The position numbers and the translations under genes were made by a program. From contig JACAFJ010000009.1 in assembly GCA_013538675.1 (NCBI GenBank), forward strand, positions 6,640-38,639: a stretch of DNA of 32,000 bases. The letters are read 5' to 3'. Within the stretch, counting starts at the first letter, position 1, and each line of letters opens with the position of its first letter. Below the pieces are notes generated by a model. It made no database searches and was not told the origin of the DNA. It saw only the letters and a program-made list of their open reading frames with translations. Positions 1-9,350 of this stretch are shown in pieces. This DNA is from Candidatus Nitrosocaldus tengchongensis. GTDB lineage: Archaea; Thermoproteota; Nitrososphaeria; Nitrososphaerales; Nitrosocaldaceae.

Positions 1-5
1 TACGG

Positions 6-788
6 TCAGACCTTTCTTACCAGCATATGTATCAATGGATCCTCCCTCCTGATCTCCAACAATTGCTGTCCTCTCTCCTCGCTCCATCTCACAATCTCTA
101 TATCCGCTGTAGGATCATCAGATACTACATGCACAACATCTCCCCTCTCTACCCTTGCTATCAACTCATCCAATTTTGGGATCACTGCAGCACACTCAAC
201 CCCTATCTCTACCATCTCATGGTCAGGGAATGCAGAGAAGCATCTCACATGCATCTCTCTTATCTTCTCAGCAAGTTTATCCCCGCACTTGTCTATTGGT
301 TCCAGTAGATTAAGATCTTTAGAATTATGATCATTAACTTCTAGCAGTGCTATCCAGCCATCAGTATAAGGATGGTCGTTAACTACCTTTGGTTTACTTG
401 CTACTAACCTGTTAATCTCGACTATCTTGCCTTTAAGAGGAGATCTCACTACCCCAAAGTACTTTAAACTCTCTATGCTTGCTATGCTCTTACCCTTCTC
501 TACCTCAGTGCCTTCAGGTCTTATCCTTACGCTGGTAAGCCTACCTGCAACATATGCAAGTATGCTTGTTATCCCTAACCTTACCTTGAGTGTCCCCCCT
601 CCTGTTGCACTACTACTACTTCCATAGCTGCCCTCCCCTTCTACTCCCTTACCTCCAACTACCCTTCTTCTTCCTTCCTTACCATCTTCCACTCTAACCC
701 ATACAAGATTCTCAAGATCATACAGCAGGGTATCATCAAATGCACAATTCTCTATCTTGATCATAACATGTAGCATTAACGGTATCAT
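6..788 (-). CDS. GcvH-like (lipoyl-carrier-type) domain fused to a TusA/SirA-like sulfur-carrier domain
   Basis: 260-aa ORF, stop at 6-8. The N-terminal half matches the glycine-cleavage H-protein pattern (LVWVRVE..GITSILAYVAGRLTSVRI..GKSIASIESLKYFG..PLKGKIVEIN..PYTDGWIALLE). ESLK sits where the lipoyl-lysine motif ESVK normally is. The C-terminal ~70 aa matches TusA (VEIGVECAAVIPK..GDVVHVVSDDPTADIEIVRWSEERG..IHMLVRK); the Cys is kept but CPxP is degenerate. A Gly/Ser-rich insert lies at aa 36-66 (nt 591-683). Confidence 0.6.
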   Translation of the reverse strand: MIPLMLHVMIKIENCAFDDTLLYDLENLVWVRVEDGKEGRRRVVGGKGVEGEGSYGSSSSATGGGTLKVRLGITSILAYVAGRLTSVRIRPEGTEVEKGKSIASIESLKYFGVVRSPLKGKIVEINRLVASKPKVVNDHPYTDGWIALLEVNDHNSKDLNLLEPIDKCGDKLAEKIREMHVRCFSAFPDHEMVEIGVECAAVIPKLDELIARVERGDVVHVVSDDPTADIEIVRWSEERGQQLLEIRREDPLIHMLVRKV

Positions 789-853
789 ATTTATCCTTCA
801 TCCATCCATCATGTATGTAGGAATGCTTTATTATTTACAATTGTATAAATATC

Positions 854-1699
854 TTGCAAGAGGTACCATGCTTGTATAGTATGGGGAAGAGAGATGCTAT
901 GCATATACTAATAAGCATAATAAGGTATCTACTCAACATCACTGGAGCATACAGGGTGTATGAGTGGTATCTGGAGAAGCAGTTGGATCCTAGCAGGATA
1001 CCCAACCATATCGGGATAATAATGGATGGGAATAGGAGATGGTCTGAATCATTCATGCTGGATAAGTTTGATGGCTATGCAATGGGTGCAGATAAGGTGT
1101 ACAAGGCTGTTGAGTGGTGTATGGATATTGGAGTAAGGCAGATAACCCTCTACGTACTCTCAACAGAGAATCTTAGGAGGAGCAAGGAAGATCTTGAATC
1201 GCTCTTCAGGGTACTTGAGGCAAGGTTGGATAACCTCTACCATGATCCAAGGGTGTATGAGAAGAGGATGAGGATAAAGGCCATAGGAAGGGTTGAGATG
1301 CTGCCTGAGAGTATAAGGGTTAAGATACATAGACTCTATGAGGCTACAAAGGATCATGATGGCTACTATATAACGTTGGCAGTAGCATATGGTGGGAGAG
1401 GAGAGATAGTTGAGAGCATAAGGAGGGTAGCAGAGAAGGTTAAGAGAGGAGAGATAGAGCCAGATGGGATAGATGAGAAGGTTATAGAGGAGCATCTCTA
1501 CACCAAAGATCTACCAAAACAGGAGCCAGATCTCATAATAAGAACATCTGGCGAGGTTAGGCTTAGTGGTTTCCTGCTCTGGCAGTCTGCATACAGTGAA
1601 CTGGTCTTCCTAGATGTTCTATGGCCAGAGTTCAGGAGGATAGATCTACTGAGAGCGATAAGGATGTACCAGAGTAGGAAGAGGCGTTATGGGTTATGA
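854..1699 (+). CDS. uppS: cis-prenyltransferase, undecaprenyl-diphosphate synthase family (archaeal UppS)
   Basis: Contains the diagnostic HIGIIMDGNRRW and RTSGEVRLSGFLLWQSAYSE motifs. TATA-like TTGTATAAATA at 839-849 suggests the true start is the in-frame ATG at 881 or 899 rather than 854. Confidence 0.9.
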   Translation: MQEVPCLYSMGKRDAMHILISIIRYLLNITGAYRVYEWYLEKQLDPSRIPNHIGIIMDGNRRWSESFMLDKFDGYAMGADKVYKAVEWCMDIGVRQITLYVLSTENLRRSKEDLESLFRVLEARLDNLYHDPRVYEKRMRIKAIGRVEMLPESIRVKIHRLYEATKDHDGYYITLAVAYGGRGEIVESIRRVAEKVKRGEIEPDGIDEKVIEEHLYTKDLPKQEPDLIIRTSGEVRLSGFLLWQSAYSELVFLDVLWPEFRRIDLLRAIRMYQSRKRRYGL

Positions 1700-1753
1700 A
1701 TGATCGATGGTTAGCAGTAGTTTGGTTAAACTTCCCTGACAGCCAGGTTAGAG

Positions 1754-2467
1754 TTGGTACTCTTTATCGTATATATTGCAATTAGCAGTTTTGGATCTGT
1801 GATTGTGATGCTCATACCTATCCTAGGGATAATATACATACCCTTCCTTCAATACTTCGATACCTCCATAGTGATAAAGGCAGCAGAGGCTCTGGCACCA
1901 TTAACATATGCAATGGTTATAGGTATAGGCACTACTCAAGGTCTTATAATAGGAGAGGCTATAGTTGAGAGGTTCCCAAGGTTAACATTCCATACTAGAG
2001 TAGCATCCATAATGCTCTTTGCCCTGTTTGCTTTAAATGCCATTGCAAACGTGATTAGGTTCATAAGCCCAAAGAAGATCCACACTCCTCCAATACTGAA
2101 TGGTAGTGAGGGCTTTGCCATGATAAGCAAGTTCATAGATATAAGCAATCCTACTACACTACTAACATTCTCTCTCAGCATACTGATATTTGCCTTGCTT
2201 AGCATGCTAAGGATCAGGGATTACAGGAGATCTTTCCTGCTTATAATAAGTATTGTAATGGCCTTCGTAACCTCTGCCCTTGTATTCTCAGACTACAAGC
2301 CATCCGAGTTTGAGGTACTCCTCTATGCTCTCTACCAAGCAGGTATAGTTGGTGGTGTAGCATTAGGGACAAGGAGGCAGTTCAGCAACAGAGAGATAAG
2401 GTTCAGGTACATGAGGGAGAGATGGATGGGCAATAGTGATAGCGATAGCAATGATTATTATTATTAG
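1754..2467 (+). CDS. polytopic membrane protein, function unknown
   Basis: 237-aa ORF with TTG start and several long hydrophobic segments. The C-terminal tail is low-complexity (GNSDSDSNDYYY). I recognise no family. Confidence 0.5.
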   Translation: MVLFIVYIAISSFGSVIVMLIPILGIIYIPFLQYFDTSIVIKAAEALAPLTYAMVIGIGTTQGLIIGEAIVERFPRLTFHTRVASIMLFALFALNAIANVIRFISPKKIHTPPILNGSEGFAMISKFIDISNPTTLLTFSLSILIFALLSMLRIRDYRRSFLLIISIVMAFVTSALVFSDYKPSEFEVLLYALYQAGIVGGVALGTRRQFSNREIRFRYMRERWMGNSDSDSNDYYY

Positions 2468-2520
2468 ATTAGAGATATACACAATAAGCACAGGTATAGC
2501 CTAATAGTAATGCCATGTTA

Positions 2521-3858
2521 TTATTTAGTAACAGTAGTAGTTCCAGCCCTTAAGCGAAGTACCATATAGAGAGGTATAATGACAACACCAACCAAGAACA
2601 TAGCAAGGTAGGGGGCATCTATGCTGAATGTATCAGCAACTATGCCAGAGGCTACTGGCCCTAGTGCCCATCCTACCCCAAATATGGTCTCGTATAGCCC
2701 TACCATACTGCCTATCATCATGCTAGGTACATTACGTGTAAGCATGGTAAGTGTTATAGGGAAGTAGATGCTGAAGGCAAAGCCTAATGCTAGCAGTGCT
2801 ATACCAAAGTGGTACGATGTTGGTGTAATATACATTATGAGCATGGATGATGCTATTGCAATACTAGCGATGATTATACTTATATGCTCATACCTTGCAA
2901 AGAGTTGGATGGAGAATAGGGTGAGCAACCTTGCTATCCCAAATATAAAGAAGAGCAAACCTATGAGTTGCTCATCTATACCATTATCCTTCATGTAACT
3001 TGGCACTATTGAGAGCAGTATTGCAAATGATGCGCTATAGTACATTATCATTGCTATTAGCATAACCCTGCCCCTGATCATGCTCATAAGGGCTAGATAC
3101 ATTGTGCTACTACTGCTGTTGCTTCTCCTCTTCTTCCTCTTTCTATCCCTTTCCTTCCCATTCATGCTCCTATAATCGGTTGGCATGGAACCTTGACCAT
3201 ACCTTCTTGATAGTAAGATGATAGAGCATATCAGTGCTGGTATGATCATCGTTGAGGAGTATATGAATAGTTGAATGTATCCTAGATGGAATAGCGATGA
3301 GCCTATCAGTGGACCTGCCATATAGCCAGAGACCCATGCCATAGTGAACCTTGATATAGATCTTACTGTATCTAAACTACTGCTACTGTTACTGTTGCTA
3401 CTGTTATCGTTCTTATTCTTACTAGTACTACTGCTTCTATCATCATTGCCATGCTCATCATCATCACCCCTCATACTTATCATTGCCTCTGCAGATGGCC
3501 AGAAGAACGCATGTGCTATGCCAGAGAACGCTCTTATCAGTGCAAGATCGAGTACGCTCCTTGATATGCTCAACATCGCTATAGATGCTAGGGCCATGCT
3601 CACCCCTACTAGAAGCATACTTCCTTTGTTCAGTCTATCTAGTAACAGGCCAACTATGAGAGGGAAGAATGCGTAAGGTAGATAATTAGCCATGCCTATC
3701 ATACCAACCTCCGTATATGTTGCATTAAGAACATCTCTAGCAAACACTGGTACCAATGGTACATGGGCACCATACGCTATACCCATGGAGAGTGCAGAGA
3801 TGTAGAGGAGTAGCGTCATACTGGTATTATTCTCCTTCTTATCTCTACTGTTACCCAT
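2521..3858 (-). CDS. major facilitator superfamily transporter
   Basis: 445 aa with about 12 hydrophobic segments and MFS motif A-like VGLLLDRLNKG after TM2. Two low-complexity inserts: aa 131-161 (DDDEHGNDDRSSSTSKNKNDNSSNSNSSSS) and the central loop (KERDRKRKKRRSNSSSS). Confidence 0.8.
   Translation of the reverse strand: MGNSRDKKENNTSMTLLLYISALSMGIAYGAHVPLVPVFARDVLNATYTEVGMIGMANYLPYAFFPLIVGLLLDRLNKGSMLLVGVSMALASIAMLSISRSVLDLALIRAFSGIAHAFFWPSAEAMISMRGDDDEHGNDDRSSSTSKNKNDNSSNSNSSSSLDTVRSISRFTMAWVSGYMAGPLIGSSLFHLGYIQLFIYSSTMIIPALICSIILLSRRYGQGSMPTDYRSMNGKERDRKRKKRRSNSSSSTMYLALMSMIRGRVMLIAMIMYYSASFAILLSIVPSYMKDNGIDEQLIGLLFFIFGIARLLTLFSIQLFARYEHISIIIASIAIASSMLIMYITPTSYHFGIALLALGFAFSIYFPITLTMLTRNVPSMMIGSMVGLYETIFGVGWALGPVASGIVADTFSIDAPYLAMFLVGVVIIPLYMVLRLRAGTTTVTK
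3376..3468 (-). repeat. in-frame triplet-repeat insert inside the MFS transporter gene
   Basis: Encodes GDDDEHGNDDRSSSTSKNKNDNSSNSNSSSS (aa 131-161). Confidence 0.8.
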
Positions 3859-3924
3859 GGATACGGTTAGAGGATTGTATATATTATTACTCCCTTTCTC
3901 TCATCCTGCTACCACTGCCATACA

Positions 3925-4638
3925 TCACTTGGATGCTATGAGTATGATAACAGCGCCAAGCATCCTTGATATAAGTTTGACACTACTAAACCGCTCTCTT
4001 AGCATTGCAAGTAACTCTGAGTTCTTGGGCAACCTCTTGTATGTATCGTATATTGCAGCAAACTTTAGCCCAAGTCTTCCAGCAGCAAAGAATGCTAGGA
4101 TGGCAAGTATGAACCTAAGGTATAACGATGCCCCAAGCCTAACCAATGGGGCATCTGGCTTACCTATATCAACTATGACAAGTCTGCCATCATCCTTAAG
4201 CACTCTATGGAACTCTCTTATAGCATGGCTCATGACCAGAGCGTCCCTGAATGAGTACCCGCATACTACTGCATCGAATTTACCATCATCAAAAGGGATG
4301 TACTCAAATATGCCAGATACGAATGATGCCCTATCCTTATCTTTATACTCAGCCATACTCTCACTTGCCAGATGAAGCATCTCTGCTATTGGGTCTAGCA
4401 TAACAACTCTAACGTTTGGGAATATCTTCAAGATACTCTTACTCATATTACCAAATCCAGAGCCAGCATCCAGCACAAGGTAACCGTCTTTGATACCCTC
4501 AACTATGCCTATCATCCTCATCTCTTCTGCCTTGCCCAGAGAGATAACCCTGTTAACCCTATCATATACAGGGATTACTTCCCTGAGCACTCTTATTATA
4601 CTACTCCACTCATCCCTTAACCCCATCTGCCAACTCAC
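3925..4638 (-). CDS. ubiE: UbiE/MenG-type class I SAM-dependent methyltransferase (probable demethylmenaquinone methyltransferase)
   Basis: Has the N-terminal VIPVYDRVNRVISLG pattern typical of UbiE/MenG, SAM motif I (VLDAGSGFGNMS) and a later LKDDGRLVIVD motif. Confidence 0.75.
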   Translation of the reverse strand: MSWQMGLRDEWSSIIRVLREVIPVYDRVNRVISLGKAEEMRMIGIVEGIKDGYLVLDAGSGFGNMSKSILKIFPNVRVVMLDPIAEMLHLASESMAEYKDKDRASFVSGIFEYIPFDDGKFDAVVCGYSFRDALVMSHAIREFHRVLKDDGRLVIVDIGKPDAPLVRLGASLYLRFILAILAFFAAGRLGLKFAAIYDTYKRLPKNSELLAMLRERFSSVKLISRMLGAVIILIASK

Positions 4639-4646
4639 CTCTATGA

Positions 4647-5009
4647 TTAGAGTAACTTGAGTTCTCCAGTAACCCTATCCACCATCTCCGCTGGAGCAGG
4701 GCCTATTGCTATACATGTTGTTGTTCCAGGCTCAAGCTGTGTTAGTCCAGCATCATCAACCTGAACAACTGGTAGATTAAGAGATTCAGCCTTGCGCTTT
4801 ACTTGCATCAATTCATCCTTACCCTTGACCTTGAGCACTATCTTTGCTTGTCCATGCACCATCCATGACTCAAACCATTCTCTCCTTATTGCTCTAACCT
4901 TCTCTGCACCAAGTACTGCAGCATGTGCAACCTGTGCAGCAAGCTTCCCAGTACCCATATGTATATCTCGCCTAACTACTATAGCCTGTTTTATCATAGC
5001 ATACACCAC
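4647..5009 (-). CDS. pth2: peptidyl-tRNA hydrolase, archaeal/eukaryotic Pth2 type
   Basis: 120 aa. Motifs KQAIVVRRDIHMGTGKLAAQVAHAAV..KIVLKV..LPVVQVDDAGLTQLEPGTTTCIAIGP are the canonical PTH2 pattern. Confidence 0.9.
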   Translation of the reverse strand: MVYAMIKQAIVVRRDIHMGTGKLAAQVAHAAVLGAEKVRAIRREWFESWMVHGQAKIVLKVKGKDELMQVKRKAESLNLPVVQVDDAGLTQLEPGTTTCIAIGPAPAEMVDRVTGELKLL

Positions 5010-5043
5010 TCAAGCTTAAATAGATAGGGATATCATCTTTCCT

Positions 5044-6294
5044 GTGCAACATGATGCTATAGTTATAGGAGGTAGCATAGCAGGGCTACTCACTGCAAGG
5101 GAGATAGCAAAGAGGGGGTTCTCAGTGCTTGTGCTTGAGGAGGATGCTGAGATAGGTACACCAGAACACTGTGGAGGCTTAGTTAGCAGGAATGCACTCA
5201 AGGCATTGGGTATAGATGAGTACACCATACTAAGTAGGATCAGGCATGCAACTGTAAGCGTACTCAACACAACAATAAGCATAGATGCTGAGAGGCAAGA
5301 TGTAGTAGCAGTAGATAGAAGGGCTCTAGACAAGCATGTTGCAAAACAGGCTAGCAGGAATGGTGCTGATATCATGCTCATGTGTAGGGCAAGATCATTT
5401 GCAGTTAAGGGTGAGCAAGTTAAGGTAGATACTAGCAGGGGTGCTATAGAGTGTAGAGTGCTTGTAGATGCTAGGGGGTGCTCTGTACCTGCAAGTAGTG
5501 GTAAGGGCTTCTTTCCATCTGCACAGTATGAGGTTGACTCTGCATCTTGGATAGATGCTGACAGGGTTGAGGTTTACATAGACCAAGAGAAGTATCCAGG
5601 GTTCTTCGCATGGATAATACCTAGTGGTAAAGGGAGGGGGAGGGTAGGTGTATCTGGTAAGGGTATAAACGTCATGGATAGGCTTGAAAAGTTCATAGTA
5701 ATGAAGGAGATGTTAAGAGATGATCATAACAGCAGCAGTAGTAGTAATAGTGGTAATGATGATGGTAATAGCAATGGTGATGGTTATGTTAGTAGTAGTA
5801 GTAGGTGTGTTGTACTAAGGAAGGTATTCGCACCAATATGGGTTGATGGGCCACAGAGACCGTTCATAAGTAATGGGGGAAGGGTTGTAATGGTAGGTGA
5901 TGCTGCTGGTCAAGCAAAGCCTACAACTGCTGGAGGAATATACACATCTGGCATGGGGGGAGTCCTTGCTGGTAATGCTATAGCAGATGCACTAGCATAT
6001 AATAACCTCAACATGCTGAACAGGTATGAGGATGGATGGCTCGACCTATTTGGTAAGGAGTTTGAGAGGATGATCATGCTTAGAAGAATATTTGAGAGGC
6101 TTGATAACAAGGCCATAGAGAGGATACTGCTAGCCATTAGATCACAGATCGATAAGATATCAGTATCTGGTGACTTTGACTTCCACTCCTCTGCTATGGC
6201 AAGGATGCTCGTGAGTAGGGATGGCTTGAGTATAGTTAAGACCATGCTTGGGAGCGAGTTTAGAAGGTTTCTTGCTAGCGTTGCAAAGATATAA
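5044..6294 (+). CDS. FAD-dependent geranylgeranyl reductase family (digeranylgeranylglycerophospholipid reductase-like)
   Basis: GTG start. N-terminal FAD fold (DAIVIGGSIAGLLTAREIAKRGFSVLVLEE), HCGG, and C-terminal GDAAGQAKPTTAGGI. A 28-aa Ser/Asn/Asp/Gly insert lies at nt 5719-5802. Confidence 0.8.
   Translation: MQHDAIVIGGSIAGLLTAREIAKRGFSVLVLEEDAEIGTPEHCGGLVSRNALKALGIDEYTILSRIRHATVSVLNTTISIDAERQDVVAVDRRALDKHVAKQASRNGADIMLMCRARSFAVKGEQVKVDTSRGAIECRVLVDARGCSVPASSGKGFFPSAQYEVDSASWIDADRVEVYIDQEKYPGFFAWIIPSGKGRGRVGVSGKGINVMDRLEKFIVMKEMLRDDHNSSSSSNSGNDDGNSNGDGYVSSSSRCVVLRKVFAPIWVDGPQRPFISNGGRVVMVGDAAGQAKPTTAGGIYTSGMGGVLAGNAIADALAYNNLNMLNRYEDGWLDLFGKEFERMIMLRRIFERLDNKAIERILLAIRSQIDKISVSGDFDFHSSAMARMLVSRDGLSIVKTMLGSEFRRFLASVAKI
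5719..5802 (+). repeat. in-frame AGC/AGT/AAT/GAT/GGT triplet-repeat insert inside the geranylgeranyl reductase gene
   Basis: Encodes DDHNSSSSSNSGNDDGNSNGDGYVSSSS between conserved blocks of the enzyme. Confidence 0.8.
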
Positions 6295-6319
6295 ATTAGA
6301 TCTGCTAGGGTAGCAACTC

Positions 6320-6502
6320 ATGTCACAGAGGACTATAGCATTACCATCATGCGTATCGTGCAATAGAGTGATAATGCCTAATGATAGATGCGTTAAGTTC
6401 AACTGCCCAAGATGCAATAGGTTTTTGATATGGAGGTGTGAGTCATGCAGGGAGTTCGCAAGGATATACAGGTGCAAGGAGTGTGGGTTCGAAGGACCAT
6501 AA
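6320..6502 (+). CDS. small zinc-ribbon protein (four CxxC pairs) of the type found upstream of aEF-1beta in archaea
   Basis: 60 aa with CVSC..CPRC..CESC..CKEC. It sits immediately upstream of aEF-1beta, the conserved archaeal arrangement as I recall it (COG2888-like). Confidence 0.7.
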   Translation: MSQRTIALPSCVSCNRVIMPNDRCVKFNCPRCNRFLIWRCESCREFARIYRCKECGFEGP

Positions 6503-6536
6503 CCATACCATCACATTGCATGTGCTGTTTGTGTAG

Positions 6537-6827
6537 GTGAACAAGGGTATGGGTAGACTGATCACAAGGGTAAAGATAATGCCTGCTGACGTTGATGTTA
6601 ACCTTGATGCTCTGGTAGAGAAGGTTAAGGATAACATGCCAGATGGTATACAGGTTAAGAGGTATAGCAAAGAACCAATAGCATTTGGGATAAGTGCACT
6701 AATACTCGATATGGTGATGGATGAGGATACTGCTAGTACTGATTCCCTTGAAGAGAGGTTAAGGAGCATAGATGGTGTTGGTGAGGTTGAGGTAGTGAGC
6801 ATGAGTAGAGAGTCAGCTAGGCTATGA
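6537..6827 (+). CDS. ef1b: translation elongation factor aEF-1 beta
   Basis: The pattern VKIMPADVDVNLDALVEKVK..KEPIAFGISALILDMVMDE..LEERLRSIDGVGEVEVVSMSR is the aEF-1beta pattern. The likely start is the ATG at 6549; the ORF opens at GTG 6537. Confidence 0.85.
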   Translation: MNKGMGRLITRVKIMPADVDVNLDALVEKVKDNMPDGIQVKRYSKEPIAFGISALILDMVMDEDTASTDSLEERLRSIDGVGEVEVVSMSRESARL

Positions 6828-8992
6828 AGCACGTACTTGAACCAATACAGTTGAGGGTAGCAGAGGCAAAGGCTAGGGATGTTGGTAAGAGGAGAGCAAG
6901 GGTTAGCAGTAGCGTGTTGGAGATGCTACAGGCATCTGCTGGGGATGTTGTGGAACTTGTAGGAAAGAGGAGTACTGTAGCAATAATATGGAACGATGAT
7001 GATATAGATGATCATACCATAAGGATAGATGGACAGACTAGGAAGAATGCTGGAGTAAGCATAAACGATATGGTAACTGTTAGGAGGGTTGAGGCTAGAG
7101 CAGCAAGGAGCATAACCCTTGTGCCTTTAAGCTTCAAGATGAGCATAGACAAGGAGTTCTCTGAGTTTGTTAAGAATAGACTAAGATGCATACCAGTTGT
7201 AGAAGGCGATGAGATCTCAGTAGTCATACTTGGTAGTTCGATGGACTTCAAGGTGCAGAAGGTAACACCAAAGGGTGTTGTTAGGGTAGAGCAGACAACG
7301 AGGCTAAGCATACTATCGAGCACTGCTGTAGAGAAGAAGCCTAGGGTTACATATGAGGATATTGGAGGTTTGAGAGTGCAGATAGAGAGGCTTAGAGAGA
7401 TAGTTGAACTACCATTGAAGCATCCAGAGGTATTCCAGCGCTTAGGTATAGAGCCTCCAAAAGGAATTCTGCTGTATGGTCCTCCAGGGTGTGGAAAAAC
7501 GCTGATAGCAAAAGCACTTGCAAGTGAGGCTGAGGCAAACTTTTACTCCATAAATGGACCCGAGATAATGAACAAGTACTATGGTGAGACTGAGGCAAGG
7601 TTAAGGGAGATATTCAAGGAGGCAAAGGAGAATTCTCCAGGAATAATCTTCATAGATGAGATAGATGCGATAGCACCAAAGAGGGAAGAGGTATTTGGGG
7701 ATGTTGAGAAGAGGGTTGTAGCACAACTACTAGCATTGATGGATGGGTTGGCAGATAGGGGTAATGTTATAGTTATAGGAGCGACGAACAGGCCTGAGAG
7801 TGTTGATCCAGCATTAAGAAGGCCAGGAAGGTTCGATAGGGAGATAGAGATAACAGTACCAAATGCTGAAGGAAGGCTTGAGATACTCCAGATACACACA
7901 AGAGGGATGCCTCTAGCAGAGAGTGTTAACCTGAGGAGGCTTGCTTCAGAGTTACATGGCTACACTGGTGCAGATATCAAGGCGTTATGCAGGGAAGCAG
8001 CAATGAAGGCATTGAGGAGATACCTACCAGAGATAGACCTTGAGGGTGAGAGCATACCTCCAGACTTGCTTGAGAAGATGGTTGTAACGAATAAGGACTT
8101 CCATGATGCTATGAAGGAGATAGTACCTACAGCACTGAGGGAGTTCTATGTTGAGGGTCAGAAGGTAACATGGGATGATGTTGGAGGGCTTGGTGGTGCA
8201 AAGAAGATACTCTATGATAACATAGTCAAGGCATTGAATGAACCTGAGAGGTTTGAGGAGATGGGTATAACCCCGCCAAGAGGTGCACTGCTTTATGGCC
8301 CTTCAGGGTGTGGCAAGACACTCCTAGCATTGGCATTGGCAAATGAGAGCAATGCCAACTCAATAAAGGTCAAGGGTCCTGAGATACTGAGCAAGTGGGT
8401 TGGTGAGAGCGAGAAGGCTATAAGGGATATATACAAGAAGGCTAGAGCATCATCACCATGCATAGTCATCTTTGATGAGTTAGATGCGATAGCAAGGCCT
8501 AGGGCAGGATCTGAGGGTTCTGAGGTTAACGATAGAGTGCTCAGCCAATTGCTCACTGAGATGGATAACCTTGTGAATGGTGTTATAACCATAGGCATAA
8601 CCAATAGGCCAGATCTAATAGACCCCTCACTGCTCAGACCTGGGAGGCTTGATATGATAGTGTATGTGCAACCTCCAAACAAGGATGAGAGACTTGAGAT
8701 ACTCCAGATACTAACTAGGAGGATGCCCATACAAGATGGTGAGATAAACCTTGAGGAGATAGCAAGCATAACAAATGGCTACACTGGTGCAGATCTAAAC
8801 GCTCTCTGCAGGGAGGCAGCAATAAATGCGATGAGGAGTGGGAGGAAGAGCATAGACAGTGAGGACTTTTATTATGCACTGAAGCAGATAAGGCCCTCGA
8901 TAACGCCCCAGATAGAGGGCTGGTACAATAGCATAAGTAAGAATGTAACCTATGCCATGCCAAAACCAATAGATAAGGTATTCTATGGGTAA
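6824..8992 (+). CDS. cdc48: CDC48/VCP-type AAA+ ATPase (two AAA domains)
   Basis: 722 aa with an N-domain and two Walker A sites ([16 protein letters not shown]), two Walker B sites ([16 protein letters not shown]) and second-region-of-homology motifs. The ATG overlaps the aEF-1beta stop (ATGA at 6824-6827). Confidence 0.95.
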   Translation: MKHVLEPIQLRVAEAKARDVGKRRARVSSSVLEMLQASAGDVVELVGKRSTVAIIWNDDDIDDHTIRIDGQTRKNAGVSINDMVTVRRVEARAARSITLVPLSFKMSIDKEFSEFVKNRLRCIPVVEGDEISVVILGSSMDFKVQKVTPKGVVRVEQTTRLSILSSTAVEKKPRVTYEDIGGLRVQIERLREIVELPLKHPEVFQRLGIEPPKGILLYGPPGCGKTLIAKALASEAEANFYSINGPEIMNKYYGETEARLREIFKEAKENSPGIIFIDEIDAIAPKREEVFGDVEKRVVAQLLALMDGLADRGNVIVIGATNRPESVDPALRRPGRFDREIEITVPNAEGRLEILQIHTRGMPLAESVNLRRLASELHGYTGADIKALCREAAMKALRRYLPEIDLEGESIPPDLLEKMVVTNKDFHDAMKEIVPTALREFYVEGQKVTWDDVGGLGGAKKILYDNIVKALNEPERFEEMGITPPRGALLYGPSGCGKTLLALALANESNANSIKVKGPEILSKWVGESEKAIRDIYKKARASSPCIVIFDELDAIARPRAGSEGSEVNDRVLSQLLTEMDNLVNGVITIGITNRPDLIDPSLLRPGRLDMIVYVQPPNKDERLEILQILTRRMPIQDGEINLEEIASITNGYTGADLNALCREAAINAMRSGRKSIDSEDFYYALKQIRPSITPQIEGWYNSISKNVTYAMPKPIDKVFYG

Positions 8993-9009
8993 GTTATGAT
9001 GATGATAAG

Positions 9010-9306
9010 ATGATGACTCCATTAAGGAATATAATATATGAGAAGATAAGGAGTGCGAGGAGCATAACCGATGTAGAACTCATGAATATGCTAGGCAAGG
9101 AAGGGTTGGAATTCACAAGGGCTGAACTCAACAAGATACTGCTTGATCTTGAGATACTTGGACTTGTAAGGGTTGGATGGATAAGCAAGGATAAGAGGAG
9201 GATAGAGGTTAGAGAGGTTGAAGAGAGGGAGAGAGGAGGGAAGGGAAGGGAAGAGATGGTAGGCGAGGATGTAGAATCAGTTATGGAGAGGGATGGAGAG
9301 GTTTAG
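9010..9306 (+). CDS. small winged-helix-like protein with acidic/basic tail, function unknown
   Basis: 98-aa ORF. The segment ITDVELMNMLGKEGLEFTRAELNKILLDLEILGLVRV looks like a wHTH. The C-terminal tail is E/R/G-rich. Confidence 0.45.
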   Translation: MMTPLRNIIYEKIRSARSITDVELMNMLGKEGLEFTRAELNKILLDLEILGLVRVGWISKDKRRIEVREVEERERGGKGREEMVGEDVESVMERDGEV

Positions 9307-9350
9307 CATATAAAGTCACATGTGTAATATATTATGTATGTGGTATAGAA

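Noticed and set aside
3857-4375. 172-aa plus-strand ORF
   Set aside because: It is fully antisense to the well-supported UbiE/MenG methyltransferase gene. The product is Ser/Leu-rich with no motif, and the plus strand here is pyrimidine-rich, unlike real coding strands in this window.
5016-5381. 121-aa minus-strand ORF, plus other long antisense ORFs (1160..1495, 5910..6245, 6443..6832, 7012..7899, 8293..9022, 10380..10838, 12324..13742, 14896..15467, 15759..16118, 17529..17885, 19462..19979, 21220..21916, 22049..22324, 25416..26093, 28181..29202, 29358..29654, 30306..31095)
   Set aside because: All lie antisense to, or in alternative frames of, genes with clear homology. The products are low-complexity Ser/Leu/Pro-rich, typical of shadow ORFs opposite purine-rich coding strands.
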